DNA from: Bacteroidota bacterium
Lineage (GTDB): Bacteria; Bacteroidota; Bacteroidia; Bacteroidales; JAGONC01
Assembly: GCA_022711405.1 (NCBI GenBank)
Contig: JAKLFC010000002.1
Span: 245,772 to 309,771, forward strand
Length of the DNA stretch: 64,000 nucleotides
Reading direction: 5' to 3'
Positions 18,962 to 28,293 of the stretch are shown in pieces. Made by a program: the position numbers and the translations under genes. How positions within the stretch are numbered: the stretch's first letter is position 1; the number at the start of each line of letters is the position of its first letter. The notes under the pieces were generated by a model. That model did not search any database. It was given only the letters and a program-made list of their open reading frames with translations, and was not told the DNA's origin.

Positions 18962-21745
18962 TCAAACGACAATATTGATGATCTTTCGCGGGACGATGAT
19001 CACTTTTCGTGGGGCTTTCCCTTCGAGCCATTTCTGGGATTTTTCCAGGCCCAACACGATCTTTTCGATCCCGTCGCTTGTCATATCCACGGGCAGATCC
19101 AGGGTGAAGCGGAGCTTTCCGTTGAAAGAAACGGCATAGGTGGCAAGATCTTCCCTCAGGAATTCTTCATTATAAGGCGGATAGGCAGCAAAGTGAATGC
19201 TTTCGTTATGCCCGAGAAGATGCCACAGTTCTTCGGCTGTGTGGGGGGCATAGGGAGATAGGATCACTGCAAGGTCTTCCAGGATCGCACGTTTGTTGCA
19301 CTTCAGATCCGTGAGTTCGTTCACGCAGATCATAAGGGTGCTCACCACCGTATTCAGTGAGAACCTCAGGATGTCATCCTCCACCCGTTTGATGGTCTTA
19401 TGAAGGATCTTCCATTCCGCCTGAGAAGGAGATTCATCGGAGACAGCGAAATGGAACTGTTCATCATGATACAGCCTCCAGCACTTTTTCATGAACCGGA
19501 ACACACCTTCGATTCCTTTGGTATCCCAGGGTTTGTGATATTCGATGGGCCCCAGGAACATTTCATACAGCCGCAGGGTATCGGCTCCGTATTTCTCGAT
19601 CAGATCGTCCGGATTCTGGACATTATGCTTCGATTTCGACATTTTTTCGATTTCCCAGCCGCAGATATATTTTCCATCCTCAAGGATGAAATCGGCGTTG
19701 GCAAAATCAGGTTGCCATCTTCGGAATGCTTCGATGTCCAGGATGTCATTATCAACGATGTGGATATCCACATGCTGGCGGATGGTATCGTAACTGTTCC
19801 GCAGGTTGTGGGATACGAACGTGTTGGAGCCTTTGATCCGGTAGACGAAGTTGGATCTTCCCTGGATCTTTCCCTGGTTGATGAGTTTTCGGAAGGGTTC
19901 CTGTTCGACGGCCAGTCCAATATCGCACAGGAATTTGTTCCAGAAACGGGCGTAGATCAGGTGTCCGGTACCGTGCTCATCTCCTCCCACGTAGAAATCC
20001 ACATTTCGCCAGTACCCGATGGCTTCTTTTGAGAAATACTCCTGATCATTATGGGGGTCCATATACCTGAGGTAGTAGCCGCTGGAGCCGGCAAAACCGG
20101 GCATTGTATTGGTTTCCAGGGGATAGCCCTCCCGGGTCTTCCAGTTTTTGGCCCTGGCCAGGGGCGGATCTCCGGTCTCCGTAGGCAGGTAGCTATCCAC
20201 TTCCGGGAGTTCAAGGGGCAGTTCACTTTCGTCGAGCGGACAGGGGATGCCGTTCCTGTAATAGATCGGAAAGGGTTCGCCCCAGTATCGCTGGCGGCTG
20301 AAGATCGCGTCGCGGATGCGGTAGTTGATCTTACCGAAACCATTCCCATGATCCTGCAGCCACCGGATGGTTGCCTGGATCCCTTCTGTGACGGTCAGAC
20401 CGTTGATGAAACCGGAGTGGATCATGACGCCTTCTTTTGCATCGTACGACTCCTTCCATTCGTCAGGATCAGAAGGTAGTTCCCCCTCCTTTGCAACCAC
20501 CTGGATGATGGGCAGGTGAAAATGCCGTGCGAAGGCAAAGTCGCGGCTGTCGTGACCCGGCACGGCCATAATGGCTCCCGTACCGTATCCGGCCAGCACG
20601 TAATCTGCGATCCAGATCGGGATCTTCGCACCGTTGACCGGATTGATGCCATAGGCGCCCGTGAACTCTCCTGTGATGGTCTTCACCTCTGCGATGCGTT
20701 CGCGCTCAGAGCGGTTGGTGGCCCAGGTGACATACTCCCGGACTTTCCGGCTGCGGTCGGCCGTGGTGATCTTTCCGACCAGCTCATGCTCGGGTGCCAG
20801 CACCATGAAAGTCGCTCCCCAGAGGGTATCGGGGCGGGTGGTGAACACTTCGAGACGATCTTCGAAACCATCGATCCGGAAATACACGGCGGCACCTTCC
20901 GAGCGGCCGATCCAGTTGCGCTGGACCTCCTTCAAAGACTCCGGCCAGTCCACATCGTTCAGTCCATCCAGCAGGCGCTGTGCATAGGCAGAAACACGAA
21001 GTGACCACTGCTTCATCAGCTTTCGTTCGACCGGGTGGCCTCCACGCTCAGAGAATCCATCCTTGACCTCATCATTGGCCAGCACCGTACCCAGCGCCGG
21101 GCACCAGTTCACCATCGTATCGTCGAGGTATGCAAGCCGGTAGTTCATCAGAATATGCTGCTGCTGAGCATGATCCATCGCCTGCCATTCCGCTGCAGTG
21201 AAATTCAGCGGCAGTGTGCAGGCCGCATTCAGGTCCCCGGTGCCGCTCACAGTAAACCGGTCCTCAAGTTCAGAAACCGGCTCCGCCCGATCCGTTGCAT
21301 TGTTGTACCAGGATTTAAAAAGCTGAAGGAAGGTCCATTGTGTCCATTTATAGTAAAACGGATCGCAGGTACGCACTTCCCTGTCCCAGTCGTACGAAAA
21401 TCCAAGCTTGTCCATCTGGTGCCTGTACCGCTGAATATTTTTCTCAGTGGTGACGGCAGGATGGGTTCCCGTCTGGATGGCATACTGTTCCGCCGGAAGG
21501 CCATAAGCGTCAAATCCCATGGGATGCAGCACATTGAATCCCTTCAGGTGCTGATAGCGCGCAATGATGTCGGAAGCGATATAACCCAGCGGGTGCCCGA
21601 CGTGCAGGCCAGCACCCGATGGATAGGGGAACATATCAAGGACGTAGTACTTTGGCTTCGAATGATCAATATCCACCCTGTAGGTCTTGTTACGATCCCA
21701 GTACTGCTGCCATCTCTGTTCTATCTCTTTAAAATTGTAATCCAT
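18962..21745 (-). CDS. leuS: Leucine--tRNA ligase
   Basis: HIGH region [16 protein letters not shown] and KMSKSKHN. Start moved to [16 protein letters not shown] at 21745. Confidence 0.95.
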   Translation of the reverse strand: MDYNFKEIEQRWQQYWDRNKTYRVDIDHSKPKYYVLDMFPYPSGAGLHVGHPLGYIASDIIARYQHLKGFNVLHPMGFDAYGLPAEQYAIQTGTHPAVTTEKNIQRYRHQMDKLGFSYDWDREVRTCDPFYYKWTQWTFLQLFKSWYNNATDRAEPVSELEDRFTVSGTGDLNAACTLPLNFTAAEWQAMDHAQQQHILMNYRLAYLDDTMVNWCPALGTVLANDEVKDGFSERGGHPVERKLMKQWSLRVSAYAQRLLDGLNDVDWPESLKEVQRNWIGRSEGAAVYFRIDGFEDRLEVFTTRPDTLWGATFMVLAPEHELVGKITTADRSRKVREYVTWATNRSERERIAEVKTITGEFTGAYGINPVNGAKIPIWIADYVLAGYGTGAIMAVPGHDSRDFAFARHFHLPIIQVVAKEGELPSDPDEWKESYDAKEGVMIHSGFINGLTVTEGIQATIRWLQDHGNGFGKINYRIRDAIFSRQRYWGEPFPIYYRNGIPCPLDESELPLELPEVDSYLPTETGDPPLARAKNWKTREGYPLETNTMPGFAGSSGYYLRYMDPHNDQEYFSKEAIGYWRNVDFYVGGDEHGTGHLIYARFWNKFLCDIGLAVEQEPFRKLINQGKIQGRSNFVYRIKGSNTFVSHNLRNSYDTIRQHVDIHIVDNDILDIEAFRRWQPDFANADFILEDGKYICGWEIEKMSKSKHNVQNPDDLIEKYGADTLRLYEMFLGPIEYHKPWDTKGIEGVFRFMKKCWRLYHDEQFHFAVSDESPSQAEWKILHKTIKRVEDDILRFSLNTVVSTLMICVNELTDLKCNKRAILEDLAVILSPYAPHTAEELWHLLGHNESIHFAAYPPYNEEFLREDLATYAVSFNGKLRFTLDLPVDMTSDGIEKIVLGLEKSQKWLEGKAPRKVIIVPRKIINIVV

Positions 21746-21871
21746 CCCGATGATCTTTTTGGTTGCGAAACCCCTCTGAGAACCTGCAAAGGGATGCGAA
21801 GTTACTAAAAACAGGGGAACTGGTGCCCTGCATCCCAAATTTTTATACCTTAGCTCCCCCTAATACAGGTC

Positions 21872-22750
21872 ATGAGCGTCAAGGAGGAACAATACAACCG
21901 GAGGCGTCTCCGGTCATCGTACATCACCACCCTGGTGAGCATTACCATGGTCCTATTTATGCTGGGGCTACTGGGGCTGCTGGTGATGCAGGCCGATAAA
22001 CTGTCGAGGCATGTCAAGGAGAACATAAGCCTTTCGGTGATCATCAAAGAGAATGTGAAAGAGAGCAGCATCCTTGAGTTTCAGAAAAAGCTGGACATCT
22101 CCCCCTATGTCCGGTATACGGAATATATCCCCAGGGAAAAGGCAGCGGAAGACCTGAAAGAACAGCTGGGAGAGGATTTCATCAGTTTCCTGGGGTATAA
22201 TCCGCTGCTGCCTTCCATCGATGTTCACCTGAAGTCAACCTACGCCAATAACGACAGTATTGGAAAAATCGAACAATCCATTCTTCAGGAGGAAGATGTG
22301 AAAGAAGTCTTTTACCAGAAATCCCTGGTCGACCTGGTGAATGCCAACACCCGCAAGCTGAGCTACCTTCTGACCGGCTTCAGCGTGCTGCTGCTCTTCA
22401 TTGCCATTGCGCTGATCAACAATACCATACGGCTTTCGGTGTATGCCAAGCGATTTCTTTTACGGACCATGCAACTGGTGGGGGCCACGCAGGGATTCAT
22501 CCGGAAACCCTTTGTCACCCGTGGCATCATCCAGGGACTGATCGGGGGAGTGATCGCCAACATACTGCTGACCCTGGTCCTTTTCTGGGCTCAGGGTCAG
22601 ATACCGGAACTCAATGCATTGCACGACCTGAGGTTATTTCTTTCGCTGCTTGCGCTGGTCATCCTTACCGGTGTCATCCTGACCTGGATCTCCACCTATC
22701 TTGCTGTCAGAAAATACCTCAAGATTCGAACCGACGAATTGTACTATTAA
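21872..22750 (+). CDS. ftsX: Cell division protein FtsX-like permease
   Basis: 292 aa. N-terminal TM, periplasmic loop, then three C-terminal TM helices. Synteny with DUF3098 and uppP. Confidence 0.8.
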   Translation: MSVKEEQYNRRRLRSSYITTLVSITMVLFMLGLLGLLVMQADKLSRHVKENISLSVIIKENVKESSILEFQKKLDISPYVRYTEYIPREKAAEDLKEQLGEDFISFLGYNPLLPSIDVHLKSTYANNDSIGKIEQSILQEEDVKEVFYQKSLVDLVNANTRKLSYLLTGFSVLLLFIAIALINNTIRLSVYAKRFLLRTMQLVGATQGFIRKPFVTRGIIQGLIGGVIANILLTLVLFWAQGQIPELNALHDLRLFLSLLALVILTGVILTWISTYLAVRKYLKIRTDELYY

Positions 22751-22760
22751 ATTTTTCACC

Positions 22761-23045
22761 ATGAGCACCAAAAAGAAGATCCCGGAACCCGTTCAAAAAT
22801 CAAGGCCCGCAGAAACGAAGACCACCGAATTTGCTTTTGGCACACAGAACTACCGATTGCTGATCATCGGACTGGCCTTCATTTTTCTTGGATTTCTGCT
22901 GATGATCGGGGGAGGATCAGATGATCCGAACGTCTTCAATGAAAAGATCTTTTCCTTCCGGCGTATCACCCTGGCCCCTATCCTTATTTTAGCCGGATTC
23001 ATCATCGAGATCTTCGCCATTATGCGGAAAACCAAAGAAGGATAA
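22761..23045 (+). CDS. DUF3098 domain-containing small membrane protein
   Basis: 94 aa from the ATG at 22761. Two TM helices (YRLLIIGLAFIFLGFLLMIGG and ITLAPILILAGFIIEIFAI). Conserved position after ftsX. Confidence 0.6.
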   Translation: MSTKKKIPEPVQKSRPAETKTTEFAFGTQNYRLLIIGLAFIFLGFLLMIGGGSDDPNVFNEKIFSFRRITLAPILILAGFIIEIFAIMRKTKEG

Positions 23046-23121
23046 AAGCACCGGGCATGCCGGAAGCTCACAGTGTGAAGCGTGCAGCTTGCAGCTGATT
23101 CAATCTTAAAACCTCATTGGG

Positions 23122-23907
23122 ATGGACTGGTTAACAGCGTTGATACTTGGTTTGATACAGGGCCTGACGGAATTTCTGCCGGTGAGCAGCAGCGGACACC
23201 TGGAGCTGGGAAAATCCATATTCGGGTTGCAGGGTACTGAAAATTTGCTATTTACAGTTACGGTCCATGGTGCAACCGTACTGAGCACCCTGATGATCTT
23301 TTACAAGGACATCATCCGTTTGCTGAAAGGACTTTTTGCATTCCGGTGGAATCCGGAAACCCGGTTCACCGTGAAAATCTTTCTTTCGATGATTCCTGTG
23401 GCTGTCGTTGGTGTCTTTTTCCGCGATGAGGTGGAATCGTACTTTACCGGAGATGCCGTTTTTGTTGGCAGTATGTTGATCATCAACTCTTTTGTGCTGG
23501 CCCTCACCTCCCTGGTGAAATCAGGAGTGAAGACCATCCCTTTTGTGGATGCGCTGGTGATAGGAATTGCCCAGGCAGTGGCCGTGCTTCCCGGTATTTC
23601 CCGGTCAGGCGCCACCATTTCCACTGGGCTCCTGCTGAGAAACCAAAAAGAGGAGGTCACCCGTTTTTCATTCCTGATGGTCATCATCCCGATCCTGGGT
23701 GCCAACGCGATGGATCTTATCAGCGGTGACATGCAAAGCAATGCCCAGGTAGGGGGCATTCCCCTTTTCATCGGTTTCCTGGCTGCATTCCTGACGGGAT
23801 TGCTGGCCTGCAGGTGGATGATCGGCATTGTTAAGAAAGGTAAACTCATCTGGTTTGCCCTGTACTGCTTTGTCATTGGACTGGCGGCACTCATCTGGGG
23901 CGGCTGA
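23122..23907 (+). CDS. uppP: Undecaprenyl-diphosphate phosphatase
   Basis: GLTEFLPVSSSGHL and PGISRSGATI motifs of the BacA/UppP family. 261 aa polytopic protein. Confidence 0.9.
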   Translation: MDWLTALILGLIQGLTEFLPVSSSGHLELGKSIFGLQGTENLLFTVTVHGATVLSTLMIFYKDIIRLLKGLFAFRWNPETRFTVKIFLSMIPVAVVGVFFRDEVESYFTGDAVFVGSMLIINSFVLALTSLVKSGVKTIPFVDALVIGIAQAVAVLPGISRSGATISTGLLLRNQKEEVTRFSFLMVIIPILGANAMDLISGDMQSNAQVGGIPLFIGFLAAFLTGLLACRWMIGIVKKGKLIWFALYCFVIGLAALIWGG

Positions 23908-23930
23908 CCCCGGTCCATGAATCCGGACGT

Positions 23931-24680
23931 ATGATGGAAAAGACACACTTCCCTTCGAATGAAGAACTCCTGAATGGCCAGATGGTATTGCTTGACAAAC
24001 CGCTGGGATGGACTTCCTTTGATATGGTTGGCTACATGAGGAGGCTGCTCAGGGAACGCCGTCATTTGTTAAAGATCAAGATCGGCCATGCCGGCACACT
24101 GGATCCTCTGGCCACCGGCCTGCTGATCATCTGTACCGGTAAGTATACCAAGCGGATCATTGAATTCACCGATATGGAAAAAGAATATACCGGCCGGTTT
24201 ATCCTGGGAGCGACACGGCCTTCCTTTGATAAAGAGACCGATGTTGATCAGACCTTTCCGGCAGACCATGTCACAGAACAACTCATCCATAAGGCCGCAG
24301 CCAGCTTTACGGGCGAACAGCAGCAGATCCCTCCCGTCTTTTCAGCCACCAAAGTCAAGGGCATCCCTGCCTACATGTACGCAAGGGATCAACAGCATAT
24401 CGAAATGGAACCCAAAAATATCCTGGTCTCTGTGTTTGAGATCACGGCCATAGATTTTCCCGCCGTGGATTTCCGAATCGTATGCAGTAAGGGAACATAT
24501 ATTCGTGCCCTCGCCCGTGATGTGGGCAAATACCTGGGCTGCGGCGCGTACCTGGATTCGTTATGCCGTACAAGGATCGGTCCCCACCGCCTGGTGGATG
24601 CCATAGGTACGGAAATGCTGGAGCATATTCTGACAGGTGAAAAATTCACCGATGATGGATACTGCCCTCCGTCCCTCTGA
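23931..24680 (+). CDS. truB: tRNA pseudouridine(55) synthase
   Basis: Catalytic motif GHAGTLDPLATGLL and downstream YIRALARD. Confidence 0.9.
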   Translation: MMEKTHFPSNEELLNGQMVLLDKPLGWTSFDMVGYMRRLLRERRHLLKIKIGHAGTLDPLATGLLIICTGKYTKRIIEFTDMEKEYTGRFILGATRPSFDKETDVDQTFPADHVTEQLIHKAAASFTGEQQQIPPVFSATKVKGIPAYMYARDQQHIEMEPKNILVSVFEITAIDFPAVDFRIVCSKGTYIRALARDVGKYLGCGAYLDSLCRTRIGPHRLVDAIGTEMLEHILTGEKFTDDGYCPPSL

Positions 24681-24720
24681 TTTATTTTCTATTTATATTG
24701 ATTTTCCCCCTGATTTTGAC

Positions 24721-24728
24721 TACTTTTG
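24721..24728 (+). promoter_or_regulatory. Bacteroidota -7 box TAnnTTTG (tacttttg)
   Basis: Upstream of the queA ATG at 24773. Confidence 0.45.
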
Positions 24729-24772
24729 CACCCATTTTCAGATCCTGAAGAAATAAATAGATTGTATTACAT

Positions 24773-25828
24773 ATGAAATTATCTCAATTCAGGTATCATC
24801 TTCCAAAAGAATTGATTGCTTTGCATCCCCCTGAACACCGGGATGACTCAAAGTTGATGATCCTGCATCGTAACACCAGGGAGATCGAACACCGGTCCTT
24901 CAAGGACATTGTGGAGTATTTCGGGGAAGGGGATGTATTTGTGATCAACAACACCAAGGTGTTTCCTGCTCTCCTGCTGGGTGAAAAGGAGAAAACAGGT
25001 GCAAAGATCACTGTATTTCTGCTGCGCGAGCTCAATTCCGAGTCCAGGTTATGGGATGTTCTGGTTGATCCGGCCCGGAAGATTCGAATCGGTAATAAGC
25101 TTTACTTCGGTGAGGATGATGCCCTGGTGGCAGAGGTTATTGACAACACCACTTCCAGGGGCCGTACTCTGCGTTTTCTTTTTGATGGTCCGTATGAAGA
25201 ATTTAAAAAGACCATCCAGTCGCTGGGCAAGACTCCTCTTCCGGAGGAGTTGCAGAAGATCCGGGAGATAGAACCTGAGGATCAGGAAAGATATCAGACC
25301 ATCTATGCAAAAGCAGAGGGTGCAGTGGCAGCTCCCACGGCAGGTCTGCATTTCAGCCGGGAGCTGATGAAACGGCTGGAGCTCAGGGGGGCTTCTTTTG
25401 CCGAAGTTACACTTCATGCCGGGATCGGCAACTTTCGGGAGATTGATGTGGAGGATCTGACCAAGCATAAGACCGACTCGGAAGAAATGTTCATCAGCGT
25501 GGAGACCGCTAATGCGGTCAACAAGGCCAAGGAAGGGAAACACAGGGTTTGCGCCGTGGGTACCACCACCATGAAAGCACTGGAGTCCTCTGTTTCCATC
25601 GCCGGATACCTTAAACCTTTCAACGGATGGTCAAACAGATTTATCTTTCCTCCCTATGAGTTTAACATTGCCAATGCCATGGTCACCAACTTACACCTTC
25701 CCATGTCGCCCATGCTGATGCAAGTGACGGCCTTCGGCGGATTTGAATTTGTCATGGATGCCTATAAGGAGGCCATCAAGAATAAATACATGTTTTTCAC
25801 CTATGGCGACGCTATGCTTATCGTTTGA
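24773..25828 (+). CDS. queA: S-adenosylmethionine:tRNA ribosyltransferase-isomerase
   Basis: [16 protein letters not shown] start, [17 protein letters not shown]. 351 aa. TACTTTTG box at 24721-24728. Confidence 0.93.
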   Translation: MKLSQFRYHLPKELIALHPPEHRDDSKLMILHRNTREIEHRSFKDIVEYFGEGDVFVINNTKVFPALLLGEKEKTGAKITVFLLRELNSESRLWDVLVDPARKIRIGNKLYFGEDDALVAEVIDNTTSRGRTLRFLFDGPYEEFKKTIQSLGKTPLPEELQKIREIEPEDQERYQTIYAKAEGAVAAPTAGLHFSRELMKRLELRGASFAEVTLHAGIGNFREIDVEDLTKHKTDSEEMFISVETANAVNKAKEGKHRVCAVGTTTMKALESSVSIAGYLKPFNGWSNRFIFPPYEFNIANAMVTNLHLPMSPMLMQVTAFGGFEFVMDAYKEAIKNKYMFFTYGDAMLIV

Positions 25829-25831
25829 TCG

Positions 25832-26521
25832 TTGAATCCCGGTCTGACATATGCAGTGATTGTTGCCGGCGGGATGGGTGAACGGATGAAGAGCCGCATC
25901 CCGAAACAGTTTATGAATATCGGAAGGCTGCCTGTGCTGATGCATACCCTGAATGCCTTCATAAAAGCCATCCCCTCCATTCATCTTGTTGTCGTGCTTC
26001 CGTCCGGGCAGATCGATACCTGGAATGACCTGATCCGGCGGTATTCCTTCCAGGCGCCCCATCAGGTGACTGAGGGCGGGCAAAGGCGGTTTTTTTCTGT
26101 GAAAAACGGCCTGGAACATGTGCCTGATGACAGTGTGGTGGCCATCCACGATGCGGTGCGTCCTGTAGTGACCTCCCGGCTGATCCGCTCGTGCTTCCAT
26201 GATGCCCTGACCTTCGGCAGTGCAGTTCCCTGTATTGTACCGGCAGAGTCTGTCAGGGTGGTGACAGAAAGTATGCACCGGCCCGCAGACCGCAACTGCA
26301 TCAGGATCATTCAGACACCCCAGACCTTTCGGGCAGCCCTGATCAAAAATGCATACCAGCAGCCCTTCAGTGATGCGTTCACCGACGATGCAACCGTGCT
26401 GGAATCCGCCGGGCAGCCGATCCATCTGGTGGAAGGGTATGCGTGGAACATCAAGATCACCTACCCTGAAGATCTGATAGCGGCGAAGGGACTTCTGAAA
26501 ACATTGAACATTGAACATTGA
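25832..26521 (+). CDS. ispD: 2-C-methyl-D-erythritol 4-phosphate cytidylyltransferase
   Basis: VAGGMGERM (AAGxGxRM-type) nucleotide-binding motif and QTPQTF. Apparent TTG start at 25832, 4 nt after the queA stop. Confidence 0.85.
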   Translation: MNPGLTYAVIVAGGMGERMKSRIPKQFMNIGRLPVLMHTLNAFIKAIPSIHLVVVLPSGQIDTWNDLIRRYSFQAPHQVTEGGQRRFFSVKNGLEHVPDDSVVAIHDAVRPVVTSRLIRSCFHDALTFGSAVPCIVPAESVRVVTESMHRPADRNCIRIIQTPQTFRAALIKNAYQQPFSDAFTDDATVLESAGQPIHLVEGYAWNIKITYPEDLIAAKGLLKTLNIEH

Positions 26522-26528
26522 ACATTGA
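26501..26528. repeat. Perfect heptamer tandem repeat (acattga)x4 spanning the ispD stop and ruvC start
   Basis: Read directly from the sequence. The ispD TGA (26519-26521) lies in unit 3 and the ruvC TTG (26525-26527) in unit 4. Confidence 0.9.
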
Positions 26529-27079
26529 AAACGGACAGGATCATACTGGGGATTGACCCGGGGACGACGATCATGGGATATGGACTGGTCCACGACCACG
26601 GACCTGCCATCGAACTGATCGCCCTGGGGGTGATCAAGCTCGAGAAGATGCAGGATCACCTGATGAGGTTACAGCGCATCTTTGAACGTACCCTTTATCT
26701 GATCGATGAGTATAAGCCCGACGAAATGGCCATTGAAGCTCCCTTCTATGGCAAAAATGTCCAGTCGATGCTCAAACTCGGGCGGGCTCAGGGCGTGGCC
26801 ATGGCCGCGGCGCTGTACCGTTCGGTCCCCATCAGCGAATATTCTCCCCGGAAGATCAAGCAGGCCATCACCGGCAAAGGAAGCGCCACCAAGGAACAGG
26901 TAGCCTCCCTGCTTACCGTCCTGCTCTCCATCAGGGAGACCCCACAATACCTGGATGCCACGGATGGGCTGGCAGCGGCAGTATGCCACTACCTGCAGAA
27001 AAATCCCGGATCTTCCGGTGGAAAATACAAGAGCTGGAAATCATTCATTTCCGACAATCCGGAAAGAATCACAGGCTGA
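26525..27079 (+). CDS. ruvC: Crossover junction endodeoxyribonuclease RuvC
   Basis: [17 protein letters not shown]-terminal catalytic Asp motif and C-terminal [12 protein letters not shown]. Apparent TTG start lies inside a heptamer repeat. Confidence 0.88.
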   Translation: MKTDRIILGIDPGTTIMGYGLVHDHGPAIELIALGVIKLEKMQDHLMRLQRIFERTLYLIDEYKPDEMAIEAPFYGKNVQSMLKLGRAQGVAMAAALYRSVPISEYSPRKIKQAITGKGSATKEQVASLLTVLLSIRETPQYLDATDGLAAAVCHYLQKNPGSSGGKYKSWKSFISDNPERITG

Positions 27080-27084
27080 CACTG

Positions 27085-28260
27085 TCACATCAGTTTCTGA
27101 TAAGCCTGCCACCAGCGGTCAGGAATATCATTTTCGCAGGCCGTCTGGTAATCCCTGTACGAACACGGCACCAGGTAATGCCGGGCATATTTGAGCTGCA
27201 TGTCGGGTGGACAGTTCACTTCCATCCACCAGCGGTCGCTGCGTTTGCTTTTGTAGAAGATGATCTCATCACCCTGGCCTTCGATGCGGACCATGTATTT
27301 CACGTACAGGTCCTTGTCTTTATACGGAAATTCCCTGTACCGGCTGAGGTAGCCGTCAATGAAGTACCATATCATCTGGGCGGCCAGATGCGCGGTCTGT
27401 TCATGGGTATCGTAGGTAGGATTGACCTCATAGATCCCCAGGGAAGTCAGCTTATCGCTCAAACCAGCATATCGCATGATCTGACAGATCTCCTCCCCGT
27501 AAAAACCATTCGGGGAGGCATGGGCGCAGCCCGGCGCATCCGAAAACCTTACCGCAGAAATATCAACGCTCACCATATCGGCATTTCTGACCAGCGGCTC
27601 TGTCTGCTGAAGATCATTCCTGACCTCCCCAAGGCGGTACACATCAAAAAAAAGATTCTTCATCAGCTTGATGGCATCCTGGTCGACAAAATAGGTCTGA
27701 TACCCGATGTTCGTCAGATTGAACAGGAAGTTGGGTTTATGCAGAATGATCCGGCTGATATACGAATGTGAATCAAAGGCGTCTTCGTTACTGCCGATAT
27801 CGAATTCCTTGTCGATGGTAACAATATTGACGATCTGCCCCAGGCTTTCGTAGGCGGTGTAGTTGGCATAGGTCAAATCCTGGCTGCCGCCGATGATAAT
27901 CGGGATGATGTTGTGTTTCAACAGTTCAGCCACCGCGTTCCTGACTGCAAAAAAAGAATCCTCGATCCCGAATCCCTGCCGGATATTCCCAAGGTCAAGC
28001 ATCTTCAGCTGAGGATCTGATGAATACAGCCTGTAGAGTTTTTCCCTGATGTAATCCGGGGCCATCCCGCAGCCCTGGTTGGAAAGGGCCTGCCTGTCCT
28101 CATTCACTCCCATGATGGCAATGCCGGGGGTAATAAGTTCAGGGAAATACCCCTGCTCGTCGAACGGCTGGATGAGATCACCGATCATACCACGATTGGG
28201 ATTGACCGCGTCCATGATCTCAAGGCGGCGAATCGGCTCAAAATACATTGAAATATCCAT
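27085..28260 (-). CDS. Arginase/formiminoglutamase-fold protein with C-terminal extension (metal ligands look partly substituted)
   Basis: Fold motifs align by eye: IIIGGSQDLTY (cf. GGDHS), VTIDKEFDIGS (cf. DAHxD), VSVDISAVRFSDAPG (cf. SxDxDxxDP), EVNP. About 90 extra C-terminal residues. Confidence 0.6.
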   Translation of the reverse strand: MDISMYFEPIRRLEIMDAVNPNRGMIGDLIQPFDEQGYFPELITPGIAIMGVNEDRQALSNQGCGMAPDYIREKLYRLYSSDPQLKMLDLGNIRQGFGIEDSFFAVRNAVAELLKHNIIPIIIGGSQDLTYANYTAYESLGQIVNIVTIDKEFDIGSNEDAFDSHSYISRIILHKPNFLFNLTNIGYQTYFVDQDAIKLMKNLFFDVYRLGEVRNDLQQTEPLVRNADMVSVDISAVRFSDAPGCAHASPNGFYGEEICQIMRYAGLSDKLTSLGIYEVNPTYDTHEQTAHLAAQMIWYFIDGYLSRYREFPYKDKDLYVKYMVRIEGQGDEIIFYKSKRSDRWWMEVNCPPDMQLKYARHYLVPCSYRDYQTACENDIPDRWWQAYQKLM

Positions 28261-28293
28261 GTGGCTGATATTTACGCGTGGACTACCTGGTCC

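Noticed and set aside
26501-26528. Tandem heptamer arrays (also 51224-51285) considered as a CRISPR array or a classical on/off phase-variation switch.
   Set aside because: The units are 7-8 nt with no spacers, so this is not CRISPR. At the ispD/ruvC junction the frame analysis shows both genes survive unit gain or loss, so it is not an on/off switch. I kept them only as length-variable junction repeats.
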